Assembly: GCA_041476565.1 (NCBI GenBank)
Contig: JBGOTQ010000003.1
Coordinates: 1 to 63,482 of the forward strand
Origin: Terriglobia bacterium
GTDB lineage: Bacteria > Acidobacteriota > Terriglobia > Versatilivoradales > Versatilivoraceae
DNA: 63,482 bases
Direction: 5' to 3'
The notes under the pieces are model-generated. The model was not told the origin of the DNA. It did no database searches and was given only the letters and a program-made list of their open reading frames with translations. The position numbers and the translations under genes are program-made. Positions within the stretch are counted from its first letter, which is position 1; every line of letters starts with the position of its first letter. Positions 29,482 to 40,669 of the stretch are shown piece after piece.

Positions 29482-30960
29482 CTAAAAACCGGTCTCTGCC
29501 ATTTCCACTGCCTTCATCAAAGCTCGGGATTTGTTAAGAGTCTCTTGGAATTCTCTTTCCGGAAGAGAGTCTGCAACAATTCCGCCACCAGCTTGGATGT
29601 ATGCTTTGCCATCCTTGACCACCAGGGTTCTGATCGCAATGCAAGAATCCAGGTTTCCGGCGAAATCAAGGTACAAGACCGCACCGGCATAGACGCCCCG
29701 TCGATGGGGTTCCGATTCATCAATAATCTGCATGGCCCGGACCTTGGGTGCCCCGGTCACCGTGCCAGCAGGGAAACAAGCCATCAGGCCTTCGAATCGG
29801 TCTACATCCGAGCGCAAGCGGCCGCGCAAGCTCGAAACTAAGTGCATCACATGGGAGTACTTCTCGATAAACATCAAGTCCAAAACTTCCACGCTCCCAT
29901 ACTCGCAGAATTTCCCTAAGTCATTCCTTCCTAAGTCCACCAGCATGATATGTTCGGCCTTCTCTTTCTCATCCGCCTTGAGTTCTTCGGCCAGCAAGGC
30001 ATCTTCGTCTTCCGTATTGCCTCGAGGGCGAGTGCCGGCAATGGGCCGGTAATAAGCGCAGCCGTGGCTGATCTTGACTAACATCTCAGGAGATGAGCCA
30101 ATGACAAAGTGGTCCCCCAGTTTGAGAAAGAACATATACGGAGAAGGATTCACCATCCGCAAAGCCCGGTATATATTAAAAGGAGCGGTAGTCACTGGGA
30201 CGGTGAATCGTTGTGAGAGGACAACCTGGAAGATGTCTCCGGCTTTGATATACTCCTTCGCCTGTTCCACTGCCTGGAAGTAATCCGTCCTGGAAAAGTT
30301 CGATTTCACCGTCAACGATCCTGCATCGGGATCCCCAAACTGCGGCATGGAGACGGGTCCATTCAGCAATTGCTCGGTAGCTTCAATCTCTCCGATAGCC
30401 TCCTGATACTTGACCTCAGAACTGGAAGCGCTGTCGTCCAGCATGACGTTTGAGATGATTAGAATTTGCTGGCGAACATGGTCGAAAGCCAGCAGGCTGG
30501 AGAAGAACATCATTACTGAATCCTGAAGATGCAGGTCATCGTCTCCTGTCTGGGGAATATCCTCCACCCACCGAACCGCGTCATAAGCGAAATAACCGAC
30601 AGCCCCTCCGGTGAATGGGGGCAATCCTGGCACGGTTACTGCCCGATAACGCTCGGTGATCTTCCTCAGCACATCCAACATCCGCCCCTTGCGCTTGATG
30701 GTCTCCCCGTTTTTCTCTATCTCAACCATCTCTCCCTTGGCTCGAATGGTTAAATAGGGGTTACATCCGATAAAGGAATAGCGCGCGATTTTCTCGCCAC
30801 CCTCAATACTCTCCAGCAGAAAGGCCTGGGGGTTGTTCGATTCAACCCTCAAATAGGCCAAAACTGGGGTCAGGAGATCGGCGGTTACCGCCTTGCAGAC
30901 AGGGATGACATTCCCCTGGCCGCAGAGCACTTCAAACTCTTTAAAGGTCGGTCGGATCAT
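29482..30960 (-). CDS. trpE: Anthranilate synthase component I
   Basis: LLES, GDIFQVVLSQR, NPSPY, IAGTRPRG, EHIMLVDLGRND, GAPKVRAM. Confidence 0.96.
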   Translation of the reverse strand: MIRPTFKEFEVLCGQGNVIPVCKAVTADLLTPVLAYLRVESNNPQAFLLESIEGGEKIARYSFIGCNPYLTIRAKGEMVEIEKNGETIKRKGRMLDVLRKITERYRAVTVPGLPPFTGGAVGYFAYDAVRWVEDIPQTGDDDLHLQDSVMMFFSSLLAFDHVRQQILIISNVMLDDSASSSEVKYQEAIGEIEATEQLLNGPVSMPQFGDPDAGSLTVKSNFSRTDYFQAVEQAKEYIKAGDIFQVVLSQRFTVPVTTAPFNIYRALRMVNPSPYMFFLKLGDHFVIGSSPEMLVKISHGCAYYRPIAGTRPRGNTEDEDALLAEELKADEKEKAEHIMLVDLGRNDLGKFCEYGSVEVLDLMFIEKYSHVMHLVSSLRGRLRSDVDRFEGLMACFPAGTVTGAPKVRAMQIIDESEPHRRGVYAGAVLYLDFAGNLDSCIAIRTLVVKDGKAYIQAGGGIVADSLPEREFQETLNKSRALMKAVEMAETGF

Positions 30961-31029
30961 GGCATTATCTGGTGAACGAAGAGATCTTGTGACGGGCAAA
31001 GATGAACTCTGGTCCCGCTTTCTAGTTTA

Positions 31030-31710
31030 TCACTCCTCGGTGGTCACTGCCTTTGCGGCTCTCCTTTCAAGTTCGTTCAAGATATCATCCAGCTCCAGCC
31101 CTTCATTCACGAATAGAACCAGCAAATGGTAGAGAAGATCCGCGGACTCCATGGTCAGTTCAGGCTTGGATTTATTCTTGGCGGCGATAATCGTCTCCGC
31201 CGTTTCTTCTCCTACCTTCTTGAGAATCTTGTCAGTCCCCCTGGAAAAAAGATAGGCCGTATAGGAGCCTTCGGGCATATCGGCTTTGCGACCCTTGATG
31301 ACCTCCACCAGCCGGCTCAGGGTAGTGTGAGGGTCATGCCGTGCACGAGATGTCTCGGACTTTGAGCTCTCAGCGGCTGATTCTGCATCGAAGCAACTCT
31401 CCGTTCCCGTATGACAAACAGGCCCTAACGGGATAACGGAAAAAAGGAGTGTATCAGAGTCGCAATCGAGCTCGACCTTGACGATTTTTTGTCGGTTCCC
31501 GGAGGTTTCACCTTTGTGCCAGATCTGTTGACGGCTACGGCTCCAAAAATAAGTCTCCCGGTACCTCAGCGACAGGTCAACAGCCTCTTGATTCATATAG
31601 GCCATCATCAAAACCCGATGCGTCCGGGCATCTTGTACAACCGCCGGGATCAGACCGTAGTCATCAAGTTTGAGCCTGGCCACAGCATCTTCATTATCGA
31701 TCTGCATCAA
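31030..31710 (-). CDS. hisIE: Bifunctional PR-AMP cyclohydrolase / PR-ATP pyrophosphohydrolase
   Basis: FWSRSR..WHKGETSG, DCDSD, CHTG..SCF, SYTAYL..KKVGEE, ADLLYH. Confidence 0.96.
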   Translation of the reverse strand: MMQIDNEDAVARLKLDDYGLIPAVVQDARTHRVLMMAYMNQEAVDLSLRYRETYFWSRSRQQIWHKGETSGNRQKIVKVELDCDSDTLLFSVIPLGPVCHTGTESCFDAESAAESSKSETSRARHDPHTTLSRLVEVIKGRKADMPEGSYTAYLFSRGTDKILKKVGEETAETIIAAKNKSKPELTMESADLLYHLLVLFVNEGLELDDILNELERRAAKAVTTEE

Positions 31711-31900
31711 ACACTCCTGGAAATAATTGAAGGAGTCGACACCCTCTCAGTCAGTGGCTGCTGAAGAACCACCAGCCGGCCAACCATGAGGACATGAAAC
31801 ATCCCTTTCTCGCAGAAAGCCTAAGGTGCTGACGTGCAGCCCGAAAGAGAATCATCTGCCTTTTCTTAAGTCTGGGATGTCAACTGTTCACGACCCGTAG

Positions 31901-32671
31901 TCAACGGACCAGCAGCCCCTGTTTCCTCAAATAAGCTTTAGCTTGTTGGACTGTGAACGTGCCAAAGTGAAAAATCGAGGCGGCCAGTGCCGCACTGGCT
32001 CCACCCTCAGTCAGCCCGCTGTAAATGTGCTCTAAATTCCCGACCCCTCCAGATGCAATAACCGGGATCTGCACCGCAGCCGTGATAGCTTTCAAGAGTT
32101 CCAGGTCGTAACCATCTTGCGTTCCGTCCCGATCCATGCTGGTCAGCAGAATCTCTCCCGCACCAAGCTGTTCAATGCGGTGGGCCCACTCCACAGCGTC
32201 TATTCCAGTTGGGGTGCGGCCACCGTGGATATAAACTTCCCATGAAACTATTCCGGGTTGGTCGGAATTGCGCCGTTTAGCGTCAATGGCGAGGACAATG
32301 CACTGGGTTCCGAACTTTTCAGCGCCTATAGTGATCAGTTCCGGGTTTTTGACGGCTGCCGTATTGAGAGATATTTTATCAGCTCCAGCCCGCAGGATGT
32401 CGCGAATGTCCGCTGCGTTTCGAATTCCCCCACCCACCGTGAAGGGTATAAAGACGGTGTCAGCGACACGTCCGACCATGTCAATCACAATACTGCGCGC
32501 GTCTGAAGAAGCAGTGATGTCCAGGAACACCAATTCGTCCGCCCCTGCCTGATCGTAACGCTTCCCGCACTCGACGGGATCTCCGGCATCGACGAGGCCA
32601 ACAAAATTGACTCCCTTGACAACGCGTCCTCGATCGACATCAAGGCATGGAATGATGCGTTTTGCCAGCAT
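31901..32671 (-). CDS. hisF: Imidazole glycerol phosphate synthase cyclase subunit
   Basis: [34 protein letters not shown]. Confidence 0.97.
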   Translation of the reverse strand: MLAKRIIPCLDVDRGRVVKGVNFVGLVDAGDPVECGKRYDQAGADELVFLDITASSDARSIVIDMVGRVADTVFIPFTVGGGIRNAADIRDILRAGADKISLNTAAVKNPELITIGAEKFGTQCIVLAIDAKRRNSDQPGIVSWEVYIHGGRTPTGIDAVEWAHRIEQLGAGEILLTSMDRDGTQDGYDLELLKAITAAVQIPVIASGGVGNLEHIYSGLTEGGASAALAASIFHFGTFTVQQAKAYLRKQGLLVR

Positions 32672-32842
32672 AAGCCCAAATTCTAATGAAAGCCCCTCAC
32701 AAAAACAACGGCTGCGTCTAGATAAGACGAGTGGGGAAAACGAAACGAGCATGGGACAAGGTTGACGGATGAATCAACCGCCAAACTATCAATTCTCGTA
32801 CCCATGCCTCCGGCTGGATGTTCCCCTGGCCCGTCGCCCTCT

Positions 32843-33562
32843 TCAAGCGTACTGAAGGGCCTGTTTCAAAGTGAACTTTCTTTCGTACAATGCTTTTCCC
32901 ACAATGACCCCTTCCACGCCAAGAGGCTCCAGTACTTTGACTTGCTTCAGATCATCCAAACAGGAGATTCCGCCAGAGACAATGACCTTGAGGCCGGTAT
33001 CCACAGCTATTTGACTGGTCATTGTTAGATCCGGTCCGTCAAGCATCCCATCTTTGGAAATGTCCGTATAGATGATTCGACTTGCCCCCATCTCGGCCAG
33101 ATGCTTAGCAAATAGGACCGCGTAGAGGGATCCTGTTTGCTGCCATCCTCGGGTTGCAATCATTCCCTCTCGGGCATCCAAACCGATGGCAATCTGATCC
33201 TGGAACCTGGATAGGGCCTGTTTTAGGAATCCGGGATCTTCGACCGCCGCAGTTCCCAGAATTACCCGACGCGCACCCGCCAGCAGCAAATCCTCCAGGT
33301 TCTCCATGCTGCGCACGCCACCGCCGAATTGCACGGGGATCTTCAGGGCTTTGAAAATCTGTTTTGCCAGCGTGCGGTTGCTGTTTGCGTCGCCTATGGC
33401 TCCGTCGAGATCGACCAGATGAAGCCACGGCGCACCCTGTCGCTCCCATGACAAGGCCACTGCCATCGGATCATCAAAATACACTGTTGCAGTTTCCGGT
33501 CGTCCCTGCAGGAGCCGGACGCAACGGCCTCGACGCATGTCAACTGCAGGAAAAATGATCAC
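32843..33562 (-). CDS. hisA: ProFAR isomerase
   Basis: IFPAVD..GRCVRLLQG, LHLVDLDGA, QFGGGVR, TDISKDGML. Confidence 0.96.
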   Translation of the reverse strand: MIIFPAVDMRRGRCVRLLQGRPETATVYFDDPMAVALSWERQGAPWLHLVDLDGAIGDANSNRTLAKQIFKALKIPVQFGGGVRSMENLEDLLLAGARRVILGTAAVEDPGFLKQALSRFQDQIAIGLDAREGMIATRGWQQTGSLYAVLFAKHLAEMGASRIIYTDISKDGMLDGPDLTMTSQIAVDTGLKVIVSGGISCLDDLKQVKVLEPLGVEGVIVGKALYERKFTLKQALQYA

Positions 33563-33774
33563 TCCTCCAACCTCTCCTGGAAGCCTATCGAACCCTTAAA
33601 CAATGATGTCTTGGGGGGAAAGGGACTAGGCGGGGGTGCCCCCCCAAAAGCGGTGAGACCCAACTATAGCGCGAGTAAGATTGAAGAATCTGAATCTGTA
33701 GCCCTTCATATCACTGCAAATCTTAGCATATTAGCGTTGCGGTAAACACCCAGAAAACTGGGGGGCTGAGCAGA

Positions 33775-34374
33775 CTACATCTCCGCAAAGTTGCGGAGAA
33801 TGCAAAGACCCACGTCCTGGCTTTTCTCGGGATGAAACTGCGTGGCCCAAACGCTGCCTCGACGAACAATGGCAGGGAACTCGAATCCATAATCAGTTGT
33901 TGCAACGACGTCTGAAGACTCGACAGGATCGGCAAAGTAGGAATGGACGAAATAAACAAAACTCTCCTCAGGAATCCCCTCCAAGAGCGGATCCACCGCC
34001 TTTAGATGAAGCTGGTTCCAACCGATGTGTGGCACCCTCAAGCCTGCAGGAAGACGTTTCACTCTGCCTGGTATGAAATCGAGTCCCTGGTGTCGTCCGA
34101 ATTCCTCACTTTCGGTAAAGAGCAGTTGCAGCCCCAGGCAAACGCCTAGTAATGGAGTTCCCGAAGATACCTTTTCGGAAAGACACTGAACCATGTCTTT
34201 GGTCCTCAGGTTGTGCATGGCATCCGCAAAGGCGCCGACTCCGGGAAGAATCAGCTTACTGGCAGCCAATACTCGTTCCGGTTGGTCGGTTACTTCAACG
34301 GGAATCTTCAGGCTCTGAAACGCCTTCTCCACGCTGCGCAGATTATTGATAGCGTAATCGACAATGGTGACCAT
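33775..34374 (-). CDS. hisH: Imidazole glycerol phosphate synthase glutaminase subunit
   Basis: ILPGVGAF, GVCLGLQ, VPHIGWN, YFVHSY, QFHPEKS. Confidence 0.96.
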   Translation of the reverse strand: MVTIVDYAINNLRSVEKAFQSLKIPVEVTDQPERVLAASKLILPGVGAFADAMHNLRTKDMVQCLSEKVSSGTPLLGVCLGLQLLFTESEEFGRHQGLDFIPGRVKRLPAGLRVPHIGWNQLHLKAVDPLLEGIPEESFVYFVHSYFADPVESSDVVATTDYGFEFPAIVRRGSVWATQFHPEKSQDVGLCILRNFAEM

Positions 34375-34967
34375 TAAAGCACGCCCTTGGTGGAAGGAAC
34401 TCCCCTGACACGGGGGTCGATAGCTAATGCGGCAGAGAAGGCTCGAGCGGCTGACTTGAACGCCGCCTCAGCAATGTGGTGTGAATTCCGGCCATATAAG
34501 ACTTCGACGTGCAGGTTGATTCTGGCCTGTACCGCCAGGGCACGAAAGAACTCCTCGACCAGTTCGGTACTCAAGCCTCCGACCATCTCTGAAGGAAAGC
34601 GGGCGTTGAACACCAGGTAAGGCCGGCCCGAGAAGTCCACGACTGCCCGGCAAAGAGCCTCGTCCATGGGAACATAGGCCATACCGAAACGTGTGATGCC
34701 TTCCTTCGTTCCCAGGGCTTGAAAATAGGCTTCTCCCAGTGCTATCCCGACGTCTTCCACCGTGTGATGGCCATCGACGTTCAGATCTCCCTGGCATCGA
34801 ATCTCCAGGTCAAATAGTCCGTGTTTGGCGAACAAGGCCAGCATGTGGTCGAAAAACTCAATTCCTGTGGAGATGTCGGAATTCCCCTTGCCGTCAAGGT
34901 TGAGCCTGATCGAGATGTCTGTTTCTTTGGTCTTTCGGGAGACTTTAGCGGTTCGGGGCTTGGTCAA
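34374..34967 (-). CDS. hisB: Imidazoleglycerol-phosphate dehydratase
   Basis: [38 protein letters not shown]. Confidence 0.97.
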   Translation of the reverse strand: MTKPRTAKVSRKTKETDISIRLNLDGKGNSDISTGIEFFDHMLALFAKHGLFDLEIRCQGDLNVDGHHTVEDVGIALGEAYFQALGTKEGITRFGMAYVPMDEALCRAVVDFSGRPYLVFNARFPSEMVGGLSTELVEEFFRALAVQARINLHVEVLYGRNSHHIAEAAFKSAARAFSAALAIDPRVRGVPSTKGVL

Positions 34968-36025
34968 TTTAACACTCCTTCTAAGGCAGATAAGAATAGG
35001 TCATTCTCCTCGCGGGTCCCGATGCTTACTCTCAAGAAGCGATCTAGCATAGGATAGCGGCTGATGTCACGCACCAGAATTCCCTTGGCAAAAAGCTGCT
35101 CAAACAAGGTCTTTGCCCCTAATGGTGTTTCAAAAGCAATGAAATTGGCTTGGGAAGGAAGGGCTCGGACCCCCTCCATTCCCTGCAATTCAGTGAATAC
35201 TCGCTCCCTCTCTTCAATCAGAACATCGATTTGGGGCTTGAGCAAATGAAAATGTTCGATAGCTGCTTCCGCTGCCGCCATGGAGAAGACGTTTAGGTTA
35301 TAGGGTAACTTTGCCTTGGTGACCTCTTTGACTAGATATGGGTGCCCCAGCAGATATCCGACTCGAAGGCCAGCCATGGCCATGGCTTTGGAATAGGTCC
35401 TCAGCACAATGAGGTTCTCAAAATCCTGCAATAGAGATACCACGGATTGCCGGCTGAACTCATGGTAGGCCTCATCCACGATGACCAGGCCTCTAGCGGC
35501 CTTCAGCAAAGCCCTTAAGTCACAATGCGGCAACACCCCGCCCGTCGGATTATTGGGAGAGCAGATGATTGTCAATTCAGCGTCCTGGACTGATTCCATC
35601 AAGCGGGGCATATCAAACTCGAATTGAGGGGTCAGAAAGACATCACGACAATCTCCCCCCAGGATAGTCGTCAGGAGTTTGTAAAGCGTGAACGTAGGTT
35701 GAGAGATGACCACACGCTTGCCCGCTTCCACTACCACCATCAAAACGGCTTCAATTAACTCATTTGACCCGTTTCCTATCAGTATCCCTTCCTCTTTCCA
35801 GCCGCTGAACCTGGCCAGTTTGGTGGCGAGCGTAGTTGGGACGAAGGGAGGATAACGTGACCAGGCTACCTGGGACATCTTTTCATTGACAGAAGCCTTG
35901 ACGGGTTCCGGCAGATCGAAAGGGTTCTCATTCTGGTTGACCTTGACCGGCGCTTCCAGATGCCTGAGCGTATACGCCTGTAACTGTCGCACAGACGTCT
36001 TGATGAACGAAATGTAATCAGTCAC
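34964..36025 (-). CDS. hisC: Histidinol-phosphate aminotransferase
   Basis: [38 protein letters not shown]. Confidence 0.95.
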   Translation of the reverse strand: MTDYISFIKTSVRQLQAYTLRHLEAPVKVNQNENPFDLPEPVKASVNEKMSQVAWSRYPPFVPTTLATKLARFSGWKEEGILIGNGSNELIEAVLMVVVEAGKRVVISQPTFTLYKLLTTILGGDCRDVFLTPQFEFDMPRLMESVQDAELTIICSPNNPTGGVLPHCDLRALLKAARGLVIVDEAYHEFSRQSVVSLLQDFENLIVLRTYSKAMAMAGLRVGYLLGHPYLVKEVTKAKLPYNLNVFSMAAAEAAIEHFHLLKPQIDVLIEERERVFTELQGMEGVRALPSQANFIAFETPLGAKTLFEQLFAKGILVRDISRYPMLDRFLRVSIGTREENDLFLSALEGVLN

Positions 36026-36341
36026 GTGAATCCTTGCAGAAGGCCTGACGCTCTCCTGGCGTCAACAGCGAATGACAGATTTTACAGAAAATCTGCCAAA
36101 AGATAAATCGACAATGGGAATCGTTGCTTACGCGGACCTCAACCGACTTCGACGAGTGAAATCAAGGTGAAATGCTATCTCAATGCCGAGGGGGGGGGGT
36201 CTGTTGCTGTTGCTTGGAAAGGGCAATTCTCAAGACTGGCTGTTTTTTTGTTAGAATGATTTTTTGAGCAGTTCTTAAACAAGTCAAGAATTCTCGACTT
36301 CTTTGATTCAGGGTCAATAACGATGGTGGGAGGTGGATGAC

Positions 36342-36902
36342 ATGAGGAAGCGATCTCTGGTGGGACTCCTAATGCTGGTGGCAGGCTTCGGTTCAAATCT
36401 GTATGCGGCAGACGCCACATTCTACTTTGGGTTTCAGAAAGCTGGTAATTTGACCGTGAAGCAGGTCCCGGGGATCATTTCTGAGAGTCTGCAGGTGGGG
36501 ACCGACTGGGGAGGACTCCTGGGGGCTCGGATCGCGACGAGTGGTATTGTCGGATTTGAGCAATCCATCGGGTACAGCCCAAAATTCCTGGACTCTAATA
36601 CCGGGGCATTTAACACGCAGAGCAACCTGATGGTCAACATCCCATTGTACAAGTTCGTTCCGTACGGGACCGCCGGAATTGGCTTCATCACGACCTGGGG
36701 GGATAGCCAGAAGAGCTTCGGGACCAAGTTCGACTTGAATTATGGGGGTGGGTTGAAATGGAAGAATATTATAGGCCCGCTCGGCTTGCGGTTCGACTTG
36801 AGGGGGTACACGGCGTTCAATGCTTTCAATAATAGCCCCTTTTTCCAGGTCCAGCACGTCAACTACATTGAAGGCACTGTGAATCTGTTTCTCTCTTTCT
36901 AG
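36342..36902 (+). CDS. Outer-membrane beta-barrel protein
   Basis: Signal peptide, PYGTAGIG and NYGGGLK strands, terminal Phe. Confidence 0.78.
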   Translation: MRKRSLVGLLMLVAGFGSNLYAADATFYFGFQKAGNLTVKQVPGIISESLQVGTDWGGLLGARIATSGIVGFEQSIGYSPKFLDSNTGAFNTQSNLMVNIPLYKFVPYGTAGIGFITTWGDSQKSFGTKFDLNYGGGLKWKNIIGPLGLRFDLRGYTAFNAFNNSPFFQVQHVNYIEGTVNLFLSF

Positions 36903-37151
36903 CATGGCGCACGCAGTCAAGCTCAGCAGCGGGCTAGAGGAACATCGTCAAAAGCTGTCAGCTTAGCACCAATGTCGTCCGCGTTTGGGATCCAGATGTG
37001 AACGGGGGGGAGCGTGAGCCTCCGATTGCCCTCAATAGCCTACAACCCTAACGCCGCACCGAACGGATGACGGCAGTCATCCCGGCCGATCGGCGCCACC
37101 CCGCGCTGATCATTTGTCATAGTGCCCTGCCGTCAGCCTCACTTCATTGTG

Positions 37152-37382
37152 TCACGCTTTCGGGGTAGGTGGAGGGAGTTGCCGGGCCTGAATCTCGGAT
37201 TGGAACCCCACTTTACGGTGAGTCCCGTCACAAAACGGTTTGTTCTCGGAGTGCCCACAGCGACAGAACGAAATCGCGGTGCGCCCCGAGAGGTCAAACG
37301 CATTACCCTGCATATCGTGAATTGTAAAGTCTCCTTCCACTTTCAATGACCCGTTGTTGTTCACAGTGATCTTGACGCTCAA
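37152..37382 (-). CDS. CDGSH iron-sulfur domain protein
   Basis: CRCGHSENKPFCDGTH motif. TTG start after GGAGGT. Confidence 0.9.
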   Translation of the reverse strand: MSVKITVNNNGSLKVEGDFTIHDMQGNAFDLSGRTAISFCRCGHSENKPFCDGTHRKVGFQSEIQARQLPPPTPKA

Positions 37383-37743
37383 GTTATCACCTCCGTCTAA
37401 GAATTTGTTCTCGAACCAGCTTAAATAAGATGACACAGAGTCTAAAAGCCAGCAAGTGGTTCGGCTCACGACTGCGACAGTTGACTCTCCTGGTACCTCA
37501 TTTAGCCTTCCCCCTCCGTATGCCAATATACGTCAGGTTCCGCCATGACATGCCGAGATTGGAGCACCCGTCCATTCGGAAGGAACGATCAGAAGACCGA
37601 GCGTTCCATCGGCAAATCGCATACCGCCCTTTCTTGTTATTAAGCTTGTCGCCGCGCACCCGATATTTTCTTTTACAGGACATTCCTGTTGACGTTCAAC
37701 AGGAATGTCGCTACACTCATGTTGATATCCAAAAGGAGGCATC

Positions 37744-38088
37744 ATGACTTTATTAAAGGAAGACATCCTCCGAGGCACACTGGACTTGCTGGTTTTGAAG
37801 ACCCTGGACGCGCTGGGGCCGCTGCACGGGTTTGGAATTGCCCGTCGCATCGAACAGGTTTCCGTGGATCTCCTGTATCTCAATCAGGGCACGTTGTATC
37901 CCGCTTTGCTGCGCCTGCAGCAAAAAGGTTGGATCTCCTCCAAGTGGGGGATTTCGGAAAACAATCGACGGGCCCGTTTCTACTCCCTGACCAAATCGGG
38001 CCGGAAGCAGCTGGCCCAGGAAACTGAGAGCTGGGAACGGATGGTGGGAATCATAGCTCGACTGCTGGATGGCGCTGAAGGCGTATGA
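37744..38088 (+). CDS. PadR family transcriptional regulator (Acidobacterial type)
   Basis: GTLDLLVLKTL..PLHGFGIARRI, QGTLYPALLRL, RARFYSLT..GRKQL. Confidence 0.94.
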   Translation: MTLLKEDILRGTLDLLVLKTLDALGPLHGFGIARRIEQVSVDLLYLNQGTLYPALLRLQQKGWISSKWGISENNRRARFYSLTKSGRKQLAQETESWERMVGIIARLLDGAEGV

Positions 38089-38369
38089 GATGAGTAACAA
38101 GTGGCGTGTGATCAGTTTAATAAGGCGGTCAGCCATCAGCAGTCGGCCAATATTCGGAAGGCAGCGAGCGGGTCAGTGAAAGCCCCCTTTGAAAAGCGGC
38201 GGATGATCAAGCGATTGCATCTGAAACAGGGTACCTCGGGGCTCCCTCTGGAGGGCACCGACCTTGGCCGCGCTTTGGATTGAACTGGTTTCCCGGGCCA
38301 GAAACTGGGGCAGGTTGCTCGGCACGGAGCAAAAGCGGGGTCGAAGCCGCCGCACTCCAAAAGAGCACG

Positions 38370-38400
38370 GTAGCGCAGACCCGGCTTTGTGGGGTCTGCG
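38370..38400 (+). repeat. GTAG-footed REP-like palindrome next to a second palindrome
   Basis: GTAGCGCAGACCC-GGCTTTGT-GGGGTCTGCG, preceded by AAAGCGGGGTCGAAGCCGCCGCACTCC. Confidence 0.6.
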
Positions 38401-38418
38401 ACCTTTGATTTCTCGTGA

Positions 38419-40638
38419 TTGCTGGATATTGTGAAGAAAGGTGTGAGGGGTCATGACCAGGCTGCACCGGCGAATTTCGCGGATTGGCGGAAGATGAACA
38501 CGACCTTCACCGACATCGCCAGTTACGTGAGGCATAATGTGTTTGTGACGGGTCACGGCGAGCCTCGGCGTCTGAGAAGCCTTGCGGTAAGCGGTAACCT
38601 TTTCGACGTGCTCGGCGTTGCGCCCTTGCTGGGGCGAACCTTCACCATAGACGAGACATTTGGGGGCAAAGATCGTGTCGCCGTCCTCAGCTACAACCTG
38701 TGGCGGGAAGAATTCGGCGGCGATCCATCCATCGTAGGGCGGAGCATTTCTCTGTCGGGAAAAAAACATGAAGTAATCGGAGTGATGCCAGGTAGCTTCT
38801 TTTTCCCCACTCATGACATCCAGATCTACGTGCCATTCGGCTTCAAACCCACTGAATTGGTGGAAACGCGACGCCCTCATTATATGAGTGTGATTGCCCG
38901 TCTCCGAGCGAACGTTTCTTTAGAGCAGGCGAGAGTCGAAATGAGAGGAATTGCGAGTCGCCTGGAGCAGATGTTCCCGGATACCAATACCCAGATGGGA
39001 GTGCGGGTCGACAGCTTCCACGCCATGCTGGCACTGGATATGAAACCGGCGTTGTTGATGCTCTTTGCAGCGGTCTCGGCACTATTCCTGATCGTGTGCT
39101 CCAACGTGGCCAACCTTCAGCTGGGGCGCGCCGCCGCGCGTATCCGTGAGTTTGGCATCCGCCAGGCGCTGGGTGCAGGACGGTGGAGGTTGATTTGCCA
39201 GCTCATGACTGAAAGTCTGATACTGTCATTCCTGGGAGGGACACTCGGCCTGACGATGGCTATCGGCGGCCGTTTGGTCCTGCTCCATTCAGCCCCCGAG
39301 GCTATTCCGCGCTTTGCCGAATTACGGCTGGACGGTTGGGTCATTGTGTTTGCCGTAGCGGTCACGTTGTTTGCTCCCATGCTGTTTGGAGTGGTCCCGG
39401 CCATGGCAGGCGCCCGCTCGGAATCGCTCCGGGTTCGTGGCGACACGGCGTTGAAGGACCGCCAGTCGATACAGCACATCCTCGTCACATTCCAGGTGGC
39501 ATTGTCCGTCTTGTTGGTCACAGGAGCAGTTCTCTTGGTCCGCAGTCTCATCCGGCTGGAAAGGATTGCCCCCGGCTTTGACCCTGGTCACGCCGTAAGC
39601 ATCAGCCTTGCGCTGCCGGACATTCGATATCCCAACGAAGAGCAGATTGTCCGTGCTGTTCAGGAGTTCGAACGGCGTCTGCTTGCGGAACCTCAGATCG
39701 AGCGGGTTGGAACCACGCTCACCCTCCCTCTGAAAGGCTTTGCCTGGAGTGGTGACGCGACGGTCGAGGGACGTCCTACGGGAGAATATGAACGCGAACT
39801 TCGCCACAACTCGGTGACACCAGGTTATTTCAATGCTATTGGCACTCCTGTGCTCCGCGGTCGACTTTCTAATGAATTCGATACGGCAAAGAGCCCGGAG
39901 GTTACCATTGTCAATGAAGCTCTGGAGAAGGCTTACTTCCGGGGTGAGAATGCGGTGGGCAGGAGGATCAAGTTCGGCCGTCCCCAGGATCAGGACCCTT
40001 GGGTTACCATCGTTGGCGTCGTCGCAGACGCAAAGCAGGACGGCATGGACAAACCCACCCAACCCGAAGAGGACACACCCTTCGCGCAACGGCCCAATAA
40101 CGCCTTGACCCTGGTGGTCCGAGGAATCGTCCCTCCAGATCACCTTGTCGCGCTGGCGCGGCAAGCCGTCTGGTCCGTCGATAAGGACCTCGCGCTAACC
40201 GAAATTACGCCGCTTCCCCAACTGGTTCGCGCGTCTGCCGGCGATCAGAGGTTCCGCACGTCGTTACTTTCCACGTTTGCCGGTACCGCCTTGTTCTTAG
40301 CCACTTTGGGTGTCTATGGCGTTCTATCCTACTCTGCTACCCGACGTTTACGCGAGATGGGTATCCGCAGGGCTCTCGGCGCGCCTCACGGGAGCCTGTA
40401 CTGGATGGTGGTGCGCGATGGTATGCGGCCTGTGCTTGTGGGTGCCGTCATTGGACTTGTAGGGGCGTATGCTGCCACCCAGTTGATCGTGTCCCTCTTG
40501 TTTGGTGTGACTCCTGCAGACCCAATCACCTATTTGCTGACCACCACCACTCTGGTTGCCACCTCGTTGTTCGCCTGCTCAATTCCAGCATTAAAGGCAG
40601 TCCGCGTTGATCCAATAGTGGTGCTGAGGTGGGAATAG
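38419..40638 (+). pseudogene. ADOP-type duplicated ABC permease, 5'-truncated
   Basis: Starts at ANFADWR and lacks the first TM segment (LTLALGIGANTAIFS) seen in the neighbouring paralog. Upstream frame is closed by stops. Confidence 0.7.
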
Positions 40639-40669
40639 GTGTCAGGTGCGAGGTGTCAGGTTTTAGAGC

